Source: Blasia pusilla (Eukaryota). From it: 64,000 nt of DNA. The DNA is taken from NCBI GenBank assembly GCA_050084515.1, contig CM114271.1, positions 36,394,001-36,458,000 on the forward strand, written 5' to 3'. Under the pieces are notes generated by a model that saw nothing but the letters and a program-made list of their open reading frames with translations, was not told the origin of the DNA and searched no databases. The translations under genes and the position numbers were made by a program. Below, in pieces: positions 12,422-25,546 of the stretch (its first letter is position 1; every line of letters begins with the position of its first letter).

Positions 12422-14027
12422 TCACCAGTGCCCCTGTGCAGGCAATGATTTCGCGGTGATGGGAGCTGAATTCAAATTTTGGTAGGTGTTTCGGGAGTGC
12501 TGCAGTAGGAGGATTAAGGAGGAGAGAAGCACTAACACTGATACTGCTGATAGTGCACTGGCGGTACTTGAGGATGACGGCGGCAGTGCAGGACCGCTTG
12601 CTGGACTTACATGAATGTAGGAATCCATGGCTTCGGACGCTGCAATCCCGCATCACAACGGCGTCAAACACATGCAGAAAATCGGATCATCGAATCGATC
12701 GCGTGAGGGATACGCTCTCGAGCGACTCCCATCTCGATGAGGGGGTTTAGTGCAGCCACAAGAGAACGCATCATGCTTCCAATCGCAACAAAATCATGCG
12801 TTCCCCCAGCAACGCATGAAGCGGACTCCGCAGTGCAGGAAGTAGAATCCATCCAAGGATCATCAACACAATGCCATGAGAGAAAGAAACAGAGACCGCA
12901 ATCGTACCTGCCGCCGAGTCCTCCCAATTGCTGTCTTGAGTGATGGCCCAGAAGAAGTAGCCCCTCAATCGCTTACTCGCGGCGTAGTTCACCTTGGCAG
13001 TGATGATGATCGGATCCTCGTACGTGATCCAAACATCGTCAGCATAGCAGTAAGCGGACACGGTCTCCTTGTCGTGCACAACAGTGGCGTTCTTCTCCGC
13101 GATGAAAGAAGTGACCTCCGAATAGAAAAACACCCCCTCGCTCTGGCTCAACGGCTGGGGAGGTCCTGCGGCAACTGCTGGCGCGTCGAGCCCTGCTGCC
13201 AGCGTCTGGTTCTTCAGCACCCACGACCGCCCATACAATGTCAGCCCGAGCACAGCCTTCTCCGGAGGCAGGCCGGCATCCAGCCAAGAAGTGATGCCGA
13301 AGTCGGCACTGAGGGTGCTGTGCGGGTCGTACAGATTCGCGTTGGCTCCTGTGGCAGTCACATTCCAGGAGCCGTGGAAGTCATAGCACATGATGTTGAC
13401 GAAATCCAGATTGTTGGCTATGGATTCTATAGGATATGCACCCTTGCCCACCCACTTGAGCGTGCGAGCGTAGTAAACCGCTGCGGTGAGAAGCAGAGGA
13501 GGGCGCGCGGATGTAGCCGCCTCGGCGCTCACGGCGTTCCGCCATAGCGAAAGGAAGGAAGAGAAGCTGTTCATGTCTTCGTCGGACTGGGGAAACTCGT
13601 AGTCCAGGTCCAGCCCGTCGAATTGAAGGGATCGCGCGAGAGTGATGCTGGAGTTTATGAATGCCTCGCGAGAGGCATCCGAAGCCATGACGGCCGCGAA
13701 TTCCTCTCCGCTTGCGCTGATGGAAATGAGAGTCTTCAAGTCAGGGTTCGAGCTTTTCACCGTAGCTGAGAATGCTGCCATGCTTTCGCTGTCCCCCGCG
13801 CTGGGCTTCACCAGAGAGCTGCCGTTCTCGATTTCTGCGAACGCGTAGAACATGTGCGTGAACAGCGCTGAGTTCACTCGGGACGCCGGGGACATTCCTG
13901 ACGGCCAGTAGCCACCCTTCACCTTCTCCTTCGCATCCCACTGCGGCCCTGCCGCCGCAACCACCACCACCAGCACTAGCATGGAAATCCCCCACACTAT
14001 GTGCTGCTGCTGCCGCACAGCCCCCAT
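12422..14027 (-). CDS. GH18 / class V chitinase with signal peptide and Ser/Pro linker plus hydrophobic C-terminal segment; exons 14027-12908 and 12639-12422 (~445 aa)
   Basis: KGGYW, FTHMFYAFA, catalytic FDGLDLDYE (DxDxE), NIMCYDFHGSW, LRGYFFW. Donor GCAG|GTACG at 12907 and acceptor TTGCAG| at 12640 give in-frame ...SAAASEAMD... Confidence 0.88.
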
Positions 14028-16948
14028 TGCGCCGTCTCGCTTCTCCTCTCGAATTCCTCGCGCGCGAGACGACACCGACACTTGCCACTCCACTCCTACG
14101 GTCGCAGTGCTTTCCTCCGCAGCGCAGCGCAGCGCGGAGTGAATCTCCCTGTGCAGCACTCCTACTCCTTATTAAAGGGCTGTCTCGCCAGCCCGCTGAT
14201 TTTCGGCTTCCGCAGTAAAGGGCACAACCTCCCACCCTCTCTTCGACCCAGCGCACGAAAAGGCGTCGAAAGGATGAAGATCGGAGACGCGTGTTGCCCA
14301 AAGTCCCGAGTCCACAGTCCCCATGAGCTGGGAATATCCTACCCGCGCCTGCAGCAGCAGAGCGTCAGGCGATCGTTGAAACAGCTATCTATGGATGGCT
14401 ATATGGGAAAGCTTTTCGAAGAAAGAGAGGCCTCAATAAAAAGCGGGTGATGGCTAAAGGGTCCGACAGAAACTCACCGACACGGCTAGCTTGTGGCGTG
14501 GACTATTGGGATCGGACTATTGATCGACGGCCGAAACAGTGTGTAATAAATCCCTTCACCCTCATTCATTCTCTCCCATTAAATCACTGACAGGTTGGTT
14601 CGGAGGTTGCAAACTGCGGGTGAGATGGATCAAAAGAGAACACTTCTCCCACCTCGCACAAACAGCTGCTCGGCACCGAAAATGGCGGAGAACTTCCGGA
14701 TATTGTCATCGACGGTGTGCGCGCTTTCCCGCGGAGCTCGCTTTGGCACGAAGTACGGGGGCTCCAATCGTCATAGTGCTTCTCATCTTCGCCTTCGGCA
14801 CCACACAGCTCATAAAGAGGAAAAAAAAAAGCACCGAACCTCGCCATCCTTGCCGCTTCCTGACTGATCGAAACTTGCGTCCACACGCCTTATTAAAATG
14901 CAGTATGCAACATGCTGAGCTCCATGGATTGCTCCGGGATTCTTTGTAGTTCAAATCTTCTCTGCACTTCCTCCTTCGACTGTTGCCAGCCTCCCTGCGT
15001 GCCTGCCAGACCCCCGGGGGACGCGAACTTCCGGGGGAGAAAGGTGGTTTCCGGTTTGGCGTTATCTGGCGTTTGAACTTTCTTTTTTACCTCCGATGGG
15101 ATCCGCATCACCTTTTTATGCAGGACTTGTTTTTCGCGTTTCCCTTCTCCGATTTGCGGCGTCAATGAGGTTTCTTCTTCACGATCTGAAGACCCACCAA
15201 TTGCACGAAACACTTCAAGGAAATTCATTCTCTCGATCGGAACAGTTGGAAATGCAAGCGGCTGATTAGCGAACCGCGAAGGCGAGTGATGGCAGCACCC
15301 ATCTCGACTTCGTGAACCCTCGGCCTGCGGCGTCGGGCGATGGGAAGAGTACCGCACATGCTGTTCATTCGTCCAAGACCATTCGCAAATTGTGTTGCAA
15401 AGGCTTGAAGCCCTAACCGTCCAGACGGCAGGCAGGATCAGTTTTTAGGAGCACACACTACTTATACAGTGCAGCCGCAAGCAAGTTTCCGTTCACATAT
15501 TTCTCCTTCCTCTTACGAAATCGTAGGTCTTGGATCGAGTCTTCTCTGTTCTCAATCCCATAGAAGTAAACAGTGTCTGAAAAATAGGGTTTGTGCGCGA
15601 GACTTCTGGGATTCGGCTATGCCCTGGACAATCCACAGCATGCTCTTGGGTGAGTGCGAGACGCCCTAATGTATGAAATTCCGAAATCCGAAGCTTTCTT
15701 TGAGCGATCTTCATCAGGTGACTGACTGGGCATTCCGATTGAGCACAAACCTGCGGAATTCCGCGTTGAACCTGATGACGACGAGAATCAATTATCTCCA
15801 GAGAACAGGCATCGGCAGAATGCAGAAGCGAAGTCCTCCCTCTCTCTCTCTCGTCCTCTGTGGCCGCGAAAAAGAACAGCGCTGTGATCTCGCACGCAAG
15901 CAAGCGGAATAAATTAATGGCGGTCGAGCGGCAGCTACGCAGCTATTATGCGAATTGGGACGGGCGATGAAGAACTCGCTGACTATTTGCCGGCCAGAGA
16001 CGCGGAATCTAGCGGCGTGATGCACCAGGATTGTCCTCCGTATCCGCAGAAGAGACAGATACTGACAGGTTCCAATCGTCATCGTAGTCCCTTCGTCAAC
16101 TCCACCCGAAGTCGAGCCAAGCGCTTGTGGAACCTGTCTCTCAGGTGGACTTCTTTCGTTCGTCGAGAAGGTCTTCTCCCGCGATGGCGTGAGACTCCTG
16201 TCTATGTTCGCTCGAATCACAGCGGCAGATCTGGCACTTTTCAAAACTCGAATCCCGACGACAGTGAGTCGTGTAGTGCTGGTCGTAGTGAGGATGGAGG
16301 AAAACGCCGAAATAGTTCTTGGAAGTGCTGGAAACTATCCGAACTCTCCGGCGGTCGAGAAGCAGACGACGAAGTTTCACCTCTTTCCGATTGGCGCATT
16401 CGTTACGGCCCCTACCTACATGTAGGGCTCGTTGATGCTGCTCCCCATCCCATTTTTATCTGCGCCTCACTGCATGTGTTCCGGTAGCTGACGTGGAAGT
16501 CCTAGCACCATCCGATTTTCATCTTCAGTGGTACTGTTGGCGGCATCGTGGAAACCTTAAACATTCTCTTGTAAACCTTAATGCGTGCCTCGTACGAGAG
16601 TTCTGATTCTCGTGTAAACCTTCATTGATATCCGTATGATAGCTGCGGCGGCCGTCGATATTCAAACGATCGTGTATAGTGGCGGAATGGAAGGAAGGTC
16701 TGGTATCAGGCTTCTGGCAGCTCGTCGCATTCGCGCACTTCGTGCATACTGGCACCAATGACAAGAATGACAGAAAACTGCCCTCTCACGGCGTTTTCTT
16801 CCAGTCAAAACGATCCTGTCAGATCCCTTTTCCGCCTCCGATTCACTACCGACGCTTCGAATTTCGTGAGTACTCGGTTCTGCAGTTCTGTTCTCGGATG
16901 CTGTACTGTGCTGCTGTATACGAGTTGCCTCGTCTCCCGCTCACCGCT

Positions 16949-17150
16949 CTTGTTTCATCGTTGTTGTGGATCTCAAGTGCTTGCTACTGTTTTGTTTCTC
17001 ATCGGCCTGCAGTGCATCTACCGCACCCGTTTGCGTTTGTTTTGTTCTGGTCAGCATTGTTTCATCGTTGTTTTGGATCTCGAGTGTTTGCTACTGTTTT
17101 GTTTCTCATCGGCCCGTAGTGCATCTACCGCACCCGTTCGCGTTTCTTTT
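16949..17150. repeat. Tandem duplication, ~108-bp unit x2
   Basis: ttgtttcatcgttgtt..ggatctc.agtg.ttgctactgttttgtttctcatcggcc..agtgcatctaccgcacccgtt repeated at ~16949 and ~17057. Confidence 0.85.
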
Positions 17151-19899
17151 GTTCCGTTCATCATTGTGCCTTTAGACTCGTAGCTGTAAGGTACTCCACT
17201 ACCCCAGTTCCGGCTCAGTATGAGCGTGTGATTTCATCTCGTCACTACGCTCCTTCGAGTGTCATAGTCAACATTGTCCGCGAAGAAACTTTGAGCTCAG
17301 CTGTTTAGAGTGTCCTAGACACCCTCAGATTACACTCATTTTCCTTCAAGACCTCGTCCTAGGGTCGTCTGCTGTGAAGCGGCGAAGCACTATCGTCGTC
17401 GGGTTCGAGGGCACGGTGCGGAGCAAGGTGCATAGTTCTCAGCATTCTGTACCGGTAAGGAAATTTCCATTAATTGTTGTCTTTCCCTTTCCCATCCGTC
17501 CCTTCCATCTGTTACACCACATGATTTAGGCTTCGATTTTTCAGTCGATCGTTGTCTCCATGTCATAAGTGCCGTGTTTCGACCTTGATCCTGTGATTTC
17601 CATTTCCGTGTCTGTTCCCTTGCCTTCTTGCCTTCCTTTGGTTTTGGTAGATGCTTTCTAATGTCAGAGTAGACGGACAATGGTTGGGTGGCAGAGGGCT
17701 CTGTCCAAGAACTGTGGTGCACGTCAACAGCAACAGCCCAATCAGGAGCCCCATGATAGACACCATCAAGTTTTGAACGCTTGATGTCGATCCCATTTCC
17801 TGTGACATAGATTTGATTCGTTAGCGTGTGTTGTCAAACAGGGAACCGATTTCGTCGTCGCCGAAGACCTCGACTCCTTCGTATCCACGTGAGCGTTTAC
17901 CCTCATTTGAAGGAGTACCGCACTTCGTTAAGGTGTCGAAACCTCCACCTCCAATTCCAATTTTACAAGGACAGAGACGTCTTAACGCCATTTCAACAAG
18001 ATTGGCCTCTAGTTCAAGAGCTCTGAGCCAACCGAATCCAAACCCACCTCCAAGAAGTCCTGGAAGGCCACTCCCCTGATCTAGAATGCTGAACATGGCT
18101 CAAAATGCCATATTCGTCCGCAATACTGATAATTGACTGCCGCAACTTTAGCTCCTCAAGGAATTTATCCGCTATTGCCTACACACCCGCGTCAGATTAA
18201 TCGGCTCTCGTCCAAGTTTCGCTTCCGCTCTCAGAGAAATAGCTCTCTCTCTCTCAACAGGAAGAGGTACAATTCTCTCCTCTGAAACGCAGAGCGCTCG
18301 AAATGTGTTATCAAACGTTAGACATCGGATAACCTTTCAATCAAAGTCTAATTTGTCGTGTGAAGCATTAAGGTTCATGAGTTCATACTATCGATTTGAA
18401 GGGACAGGTAGAGATTATAAGCTTCGCTGACAGTGTACAACAGGAGGACACTTTCATTGCAAGGCTGATTCGCATTTGGTTCAAAAATTTATCCAATGCC
18501 CTCAATCCCTTCCATTTCCGTGCCTATTCCCCACACTCCTTACTTTCCTTTGGAATGCCGAATCCATTGACAGTCCAAAGATGAGCTTATGTCGCCCGGT
18601 TGAGATGGCTTGAATATTATTGACGCAGAGCTGGGTTGGGAGAGAACTAATTTCCGGTTGGTTGTATGCGTGCATCTAGCTGTCTTCTTGAAGTTTTTCT
18701 TCTTCTCGTGGGTTCTTGCGTCCTCGTTTATCCAAGATTTTTTTTTCTTTCAGCCCTAATTTGAGTCCCCGATGGATTTTCTGAGGTGCCTTCAAAAGAA
18801 TCCAAGCGGTCTACCGTAGTTACTATGTAGGTTTTAAGCTTCAGAGAAAGATGCGTTTGAAGCACTCTTTCAGAAAACTCGTTGTTTTCCCTCTTTCAAC
18901 TGGAGTGCAAGTTGCCTCAAAGTAGGCTATGAGTTCGTAGAAGGACTTCATGTTAGACTGATCGGGATTCTTCAAGTAGTAGATGGTTGAATTTCGACAT
19001 TTGAGCATCGGCTATATGTTACAGTTCTAAGTATACTACTATATGAGATTTATTTGATAAAGACGTAAGGTTCTAGGACCTTGAGTGTGAAGATGGTTAT
19101 TAACTTGGAGACGTGCTATACGAGGATTAGTTTAGCAAACCATTCTGCCACTCTTGCTCTTGAGAAAACTGACAGTAGGATAAGAAAAACCGAATTTTGT
19201 TGCAATAAATCCTTGCATTGTTGCGGCGAATTCATCATGCCTTTCGGTGTCCATCATAGTATTCTCTAAACAGTGAGTATTCGTCTTGGAGTCCTTGTAA
19301 AGCTTCTTTCCCCTGACTGAATGGTTTGTAATCTCTTGCAGCTCTTCAACTCCAGTGAAGTCTCCCTAAAGACTAAACCCAAGGTTTGATTTCCCACTGC
19401 TACTTCAACCTCATTCTTTAAAGCATTTCTGCACTAGCTTTTCATTTACATTAATAACCATCTCATGCTTGAATTTTGTCCTCATTACTCACTCATACCA
19501 TGGTTCAAAGTACAATTAGAAACCTTTTGTATAAGACTAGTCTTCAACGTCCTGTATTTAGTTTCGTCACTCTGACTGTGCACTAGAGTGCGCAATAGAT
19601 ATCATGCTAATGTTCAATGTCATCCCCGAGTAGCTCACTTGGACCTCAAATAAGGACAGGAATAACTCTGTCCAACGAATCCTAAATATCGTGCAGACAA
19701 ATAATCTTGTGACAATTACAACATACTCCCAACTATACACACCATCTCGGTCCTCTCTTTTGTGAAACATCCAGAGTACAAAATGCCTTGGCCACCCAGA
19801 TCTAGGGTTACCAAAAGATCTAATACGGAGGATACGCAACATTTTGGCACCCAATCCTCTTCACTTATAACTTCTTTCTATTGTGTCCCCTCTAATTTC

Positions 19900-22580
19900 G
19901 TGGAATTTCGAGTGAGTTTCGAAGGGCAAAATTGAGTCTATAATAGCAAGCATAAGGCAAGTCTTACTTACCAACCTAGATGTCAATGACCTTTACAAAG
20001 ACTACAAGTGCCTCCTTGAGTTACCTAATCCAACTGCTCCATTGTAAGTTCTTCCTCGTTCAATAGTAACATCTTTACTCAAAACCTCAAGGGCCAAATA
20101 ACACATAACATGTCGTTTAACCCATACTAGTCAGAATTGAACATTCTTCAAGACATTACATATTGTTTATCTACTAGAAATAGAAAATCATCAGACATTT
20201 TTTAGAATGGATCTATTTTATTCAAGAAGGAAGCAAATACTAGAGAACACTTCTTTACAAATGCCATAGGTGCATTTAATAATTCAAGTCTTACTCTAGA
20301 AATTGTATCTTCCCATATTTCAAAGATTACTTTATTGGTTGTGACTCTTTCCCATATTACATGCGACACAGATCTAAACAAACCTTCAATATATTTTCCT
20401 TTTACAAAGCCTACATTCTATTCATGTATCACCTACATTCTAGTCATGTATCACCCACGTCAATCAATATGATTATTGTAAACTCAATAAAGACCTACAT
20501 AAACTGAGAAAGGAAAAATCACATTTTCGTGAAGAAGATGTATACCACCATTTGTCTAAACACTCATTTGTCCACAAATACTTTGCAGCTTAGGCTAGCA
20601 CGAGAGGCATTTGAAGGATCTAAGGGCCATGATACAAAAGTGGGGCATGCCCCATTTTTTTTTAACTCTCTCCACCGATGAGGTTTTAGACATGCGATGA
20701 AAACTACATACATTTGTTTGCTACCTATATATTCTTAGGGCCCCAAATATTAGGTCGTATTCTTGACTATGTTATTAGGCATGAGCTTCAAGGAAGGGGC
20801 AACTTGATTTGTCACATAATTTTATGGGTGCACAATGATGACATCAATAGAGTTATCTCAGAAATATGTGCCTACATACCATGAGCAGACCATCATTAGT
20901 GAGATAACACATTGAACTCATGTGACTCTCTTCTCCATACCCTTGTTACTACCAAACAACCACACAGATGCAAAGAAGGAGTATGTATTGTTAGGAAAAA
21001 GCAAGGACAAAGTCCTTATTGTCGTCTAGGGTTACCTGCAAAAGTGAACAAAAATACTGTTCCCAGCATTGATCCAAAGTCCATGATGTGGACTTAGTTA
21101 AGACCCTCACATTCATATCGTCCCTTAATTCTGTTACTATGGGGAGTCCACATAAACATCCAACGCATCACCAACATTGACTAGTCCTTCCACCTTATCA
21201 AATATGCATTAAAATCAGAATTGACAAGCTCCTTGGATATTGATATTGAATCTGCTCGTTGCTTGGGCCTTGACAACTTAGATGAAGTCAGGCTAAAATT
21301 TGTTTCGGGAGTTATACTGAATCGTTGCGCCTGTTCCACTGAAGCTTCATTATCCTCCAAGCAAATACCTATTATTTTCAGGTCTCAATCTGTAAAGTAC
21401 ATTGACTCTAGCCCACCATCTCGTCGTACATCACTGTACAAACTTGCATCTATTCCTTATATGCACCCAATAGAATTATACTGTGCCAGGCCATCATCTC
21501 TTGATCAATCCACGTCCACAGATTATTGGTCAAACCACCAAATTTATAAATCTTCACCAAAACGTTCACTTCACTTACTTGTAGGACTAGACTCATTAGG
21601 TAACACATTATGTAGATCAGATCGCCTAGTGAGGTTTACTCAATTCCACGAGTGTTCCATGTTAACTCCACGTTTATTACAACTTTTATGTATGAGAATG
21701 AACCAAACATCACAATCCTACTCCCATAGTCCATTTGCAAACAAGCTACTTTTATTAGTGGGTGACATGGCACAACTACCTCATGTTTGTAAGCATACCG
21801 CACAAAATAATTGTAAATCATGCCACCTATTGTCTTCATCATTACTTGATAGTGCCACCAGACTTAAACTTACAACACCAATGCGTCATGCGGATGACCA
21901 AGACTTTTGGACTTTCCTAAACTTAATTAGGCAGAGGTTGCCTATTCCACTTGAGATATATACTTGCTTAGATAGATGTTTTGTTACGGAGGACAATGCC
22001 GTAGATTTCATAACTAATAATATCACTATATTTGCACTCATCGTTCTCATGTTGAGCTATTCAACATTTTTGTTTAAGGCATTTTTTTTGCGATGCGTCA
22101 ATCATCCTTGACAATATTACAACAAATGCCCCCTCATTACCAGAATTTAAAGAATGGATTGAAGACAAAACTTTCCACCAACTCAAATTTTTTGATGTTG
22201 GTTGTGTCGTAATGTTGACTTGTAATATAGATATTAAATCTCAGGTTGCAAATGGTGCACATGTTGTTGTTACTAACTTGAACTATGATGCCAATGAAAA
22301 CTCACTTATCTCTAACACAGTCAAAATCAATACATCAGGTAAGCTTTTGAATGTGACAAGGAAAACCTTCTCCACTCTCAGATACAGTTATGGACAGAAG
22401 TACTACAAGAAAACTTTCCCTCTCACTCTTGGGTCATAAGAGCCAAGGAATGACAGTCCATACTTAGTGTTTGTTAGTTATTAAGGAATATATTTGCCCT
22501 CAGATTACTGTATGTGATGCTTTCTCGCGCAAAGTCATGCCATCAATTACAGATAATAGGCAACTTACAATCGTCTGACT
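19900..22580 (+). pseudogene. Decayed RepHel (Helitron/Helentron-like Rep + PIF1 helicase) remnant
   Basis: Fragments GHAPFFLTLSTDE, HELQGRG..CHIILW, HLIKYALKSE (Rep motifs) and LLVGDMAQLP, MRHADD, VMLTCNID..VANG, FPL...HKSQG, LLYVMLSRA (PIF1 motifs). Many stops and frameshifts; boundaries approximate. Confidence 0.75.
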
Positions 22581-24463
22581 TCATCACATTCGGATAGATT
22601 GCTTAGAATAACCTTTTCAAGTTATGTTTCCATTTTCAATTTTACAGGATGGCATCTACAAACTCCAGCTCTAGATCAAGGGGACACTAGGCCTCCAGTA
22701 GCCAATACGGTCAATCCAAGAAAACATCTCTACACCTTCATCTTGTTGACACCCTCAAAAGTCACCCTCGGACTACCACATCACATAATGTTCCCCTGGA
22801 GTTCAACATGCCATCTCAGAATGCAGGCATTAAATCATCAAGAAGCCACGTTAGCATATTCAACCTCTTCACTTTCATTCCTATATTCTTTCATCTACTG
22901 TATCTTACTAAACAACAGGTATCCTCAAGCTATATGGACTTTGCATGATTCAATGATACTCAATGACATAGAGAGTACATATGCATATGCACCAAAGTTT
23001 GTCCAACCCACCGAAAACCAGATGCGCTTTTGTGACAACTTAAGGCTAGTTCTTGCCCTTTGGGAGAAAGGTGTAACAAGTCGGCAAATCCAAGCTATTA
23101 TCACACAAGGTAAAGACTAGGACCAGAAGTTCCGCTTCCACAACAAGGACTCGCCTGCAACAGGTAACTTCAACATTGTCACAACATCACCGCATATATG
23201 CTTTTAATACATACCTTAATTGTGTTTACAACACTATATAATCCACTATCCTTACATTTGTTGTCCATTCTACAATGTACCAGGTATACATAAGGAGTCA
23301 TTGCAATACAAACAGGTTGATTTCAAGGAAATAACCTTCACATGCTCCTAGGCTAGTAGACTATTTAGCATTGCATCTGGAGGCATAAGGCTAGACCAGC
23401 TTCGTACTCTCCGTCATGAATTCCATTTCCCCATTCATATGGTCATAGAGCTGACCTACATAAAAGCCAGTCACCTGATATCCACATTTAAGCTTCTTCA
23501 CACGAATGGCGAGTTACCGAATTTCATGCCTCCATCTACTGATGAACCCCATATTGTCCCAATCCTCCATGATTTTGATTCTGTGAAATCAGAAGTGTAC
23601 TCTGCAGACACTATTATTGACTTGGATACTTTCCAGCCGGGAGCTCTTGCGAGCTCACCGAGACAACGAAAGTGCTCATGATTTTTGGCTCAAATATAGC
23701 ACATTTTTCTACCCACATTTCTAAGCTTTCAGATTAGCCTGAATGAATCTCTTGTGTAAGTGTAGGACTTTCTTCTAATTTTGTCTTGATCTTGCTCTTA
23801 TTTGCAGACTCCATGAGCTTTGCATCTGACTCGTATTTACATACTTCTTACATCAACACATGTCAGAAGATTTTGAGCAAAACTTTTGAACTTTTTTCAG
23901 CCATAGTTCTCAGATTCAACCAAATCGTCAAACCATAAACTTATGCCGTGGATTAAATTCTCAATTTGGCACCGCGTACTTACATTCTATGTCTTCTTAA
24001 ATTTTGGATATTGTTTCATTTGAAGATTGCATCTTGTCACTGTGGTAAATACTTTTTTCTATCCAATATTATTATTCCTTGAATTTTTTATGTGTATATG
24101 TGCTTTAATGAGGTAGATATCGTTCTTTGAATGAAGGAAAATAGTAAAGTAAGGAAATTTTTTTTTATCATAGTAAAGAAACCACATCTTGTTTTGAATC
24201 CAATAGTCAAACAAAATAGTTCAAAAAGTAAGATTTCCATAAGTTAAAGGTATACAATATACATGCAAGAGGAAAGTGCCAAAAAAAATACAAGGGACAT
24301 ATACTATCTTAAAATTCAATATGTGTTTACCAATCCAATCGGATGCATTTAGAGATAACAACTAAAGGTACTTTACACCTTGAAAGTCAATATACATGTA
24401 CCAATCTAATTGGATGAATTTAGAAGATAAGAACTAGTTTGACCATCTTGGAACATTTATATA

Positions 24464-25058
24464 TCTATATTATTATTGGAGAGTGCCCTTTTATTTTGCA
24501 AACTCCTCTCCTCTTGACACTTGGCATTTTCAACCCATGGGATCATTTGTCTTCTAAACCAATATGACAACTAGAAATCAATTTAAAATGGCACTTGAGA
24601 ATTATGAGAGTTACTTATGAGAGGTAATATAAACCTTGTGCATTATACGGGCTTAGAATAATTTCAATAACTCTGATTGTATGAAGGGCAAACGTTGGCG
24701 ACGACTGCGAATTTGAATAAAACCTTTTAGATAGTAGAGTGTCGTAATAGGAGGCCATATGTTTTGATTTGCAATGTGTTTCACTTGACAGGTTTTGTCT
24801 CGGATAATAACTACTGTGGGCCCCATTATCCAAAAGTAGTGCAAGAAAAATTAAAAAACATCCATGATATTATTAAGAGAGGATAGGGATCATAGGGTTT
24901 GAGAAACCCTCCTCTGATGTTGACACTTGTCCTTTCAAACCTCGTTTGTTGTTGGTATGTATCACATTTAAGGGGTAGTTACATTAAGAGGACCAAAGAC
25001 TTAAGGGATGTTTAAAAAAACTTCGCCTCACCCATGCATAGTACAAGCATGATACTAG
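24464..25058 (+). mobile_element. Short non-autonomous Helitron (~595 bp)
   Basis: 5' end A|TCTATATTATTATTGGAGAG; 3' end is a degenerate hairpin CCCATGCATAGTACAAGCATG then ATACTAG|T. Confidence 0.55.
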
Positions 25059-25546
25059 TAGTTTCAAATTTGAAACTCACGAGTGATTTTGTATAGACAT
25101 AAATAACTATGATAACTAATTTTAATAGCATAGAATGATACAAGGAAAAAAACTTTTGTTAGCATTAGCTTTAGTGTACTAATGAATAAGCAATCTTAGA
25201 AGTCTACTTGCAAAATTTATATTAAAATAGATGTCAACATCGGCCAAATGCTATGTCATACTAACATGATTGATGACTAGGATTATATCTGGTTGTATAT
25301 TTTCTAGGTCAACATAAAAACGTTTTACCGTATAATGTTGCCCGTATGCCATTTTGCCACTAAGAATCCTTTATGACAAGTCCTTTGATATTAGGATTAT
25401 AAATTTTATAATCTAGTGTTATCAATCCTTAAAAACTAGATTTACTATTAAATTTTAGTGGATATGGCCTTAATTTCTTCTAGTGTATAAGAAGAGTTTT
25501 AGGAATCGATACTATTATTTGTGTTAGTTGTCACTTCGACGTAGGT

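Noticed and set aside
12771-14159. The 462-aa ORF taken as the literal chitinase protein
   Set aside because: It includes 5' UTR before the ATG at 14027 and reads into the intron after 12908.
14539-18096. ORFs of 100-179 aa
   Set aside because: No motifs or consistent splice structure; some arise from a tandem repeat.
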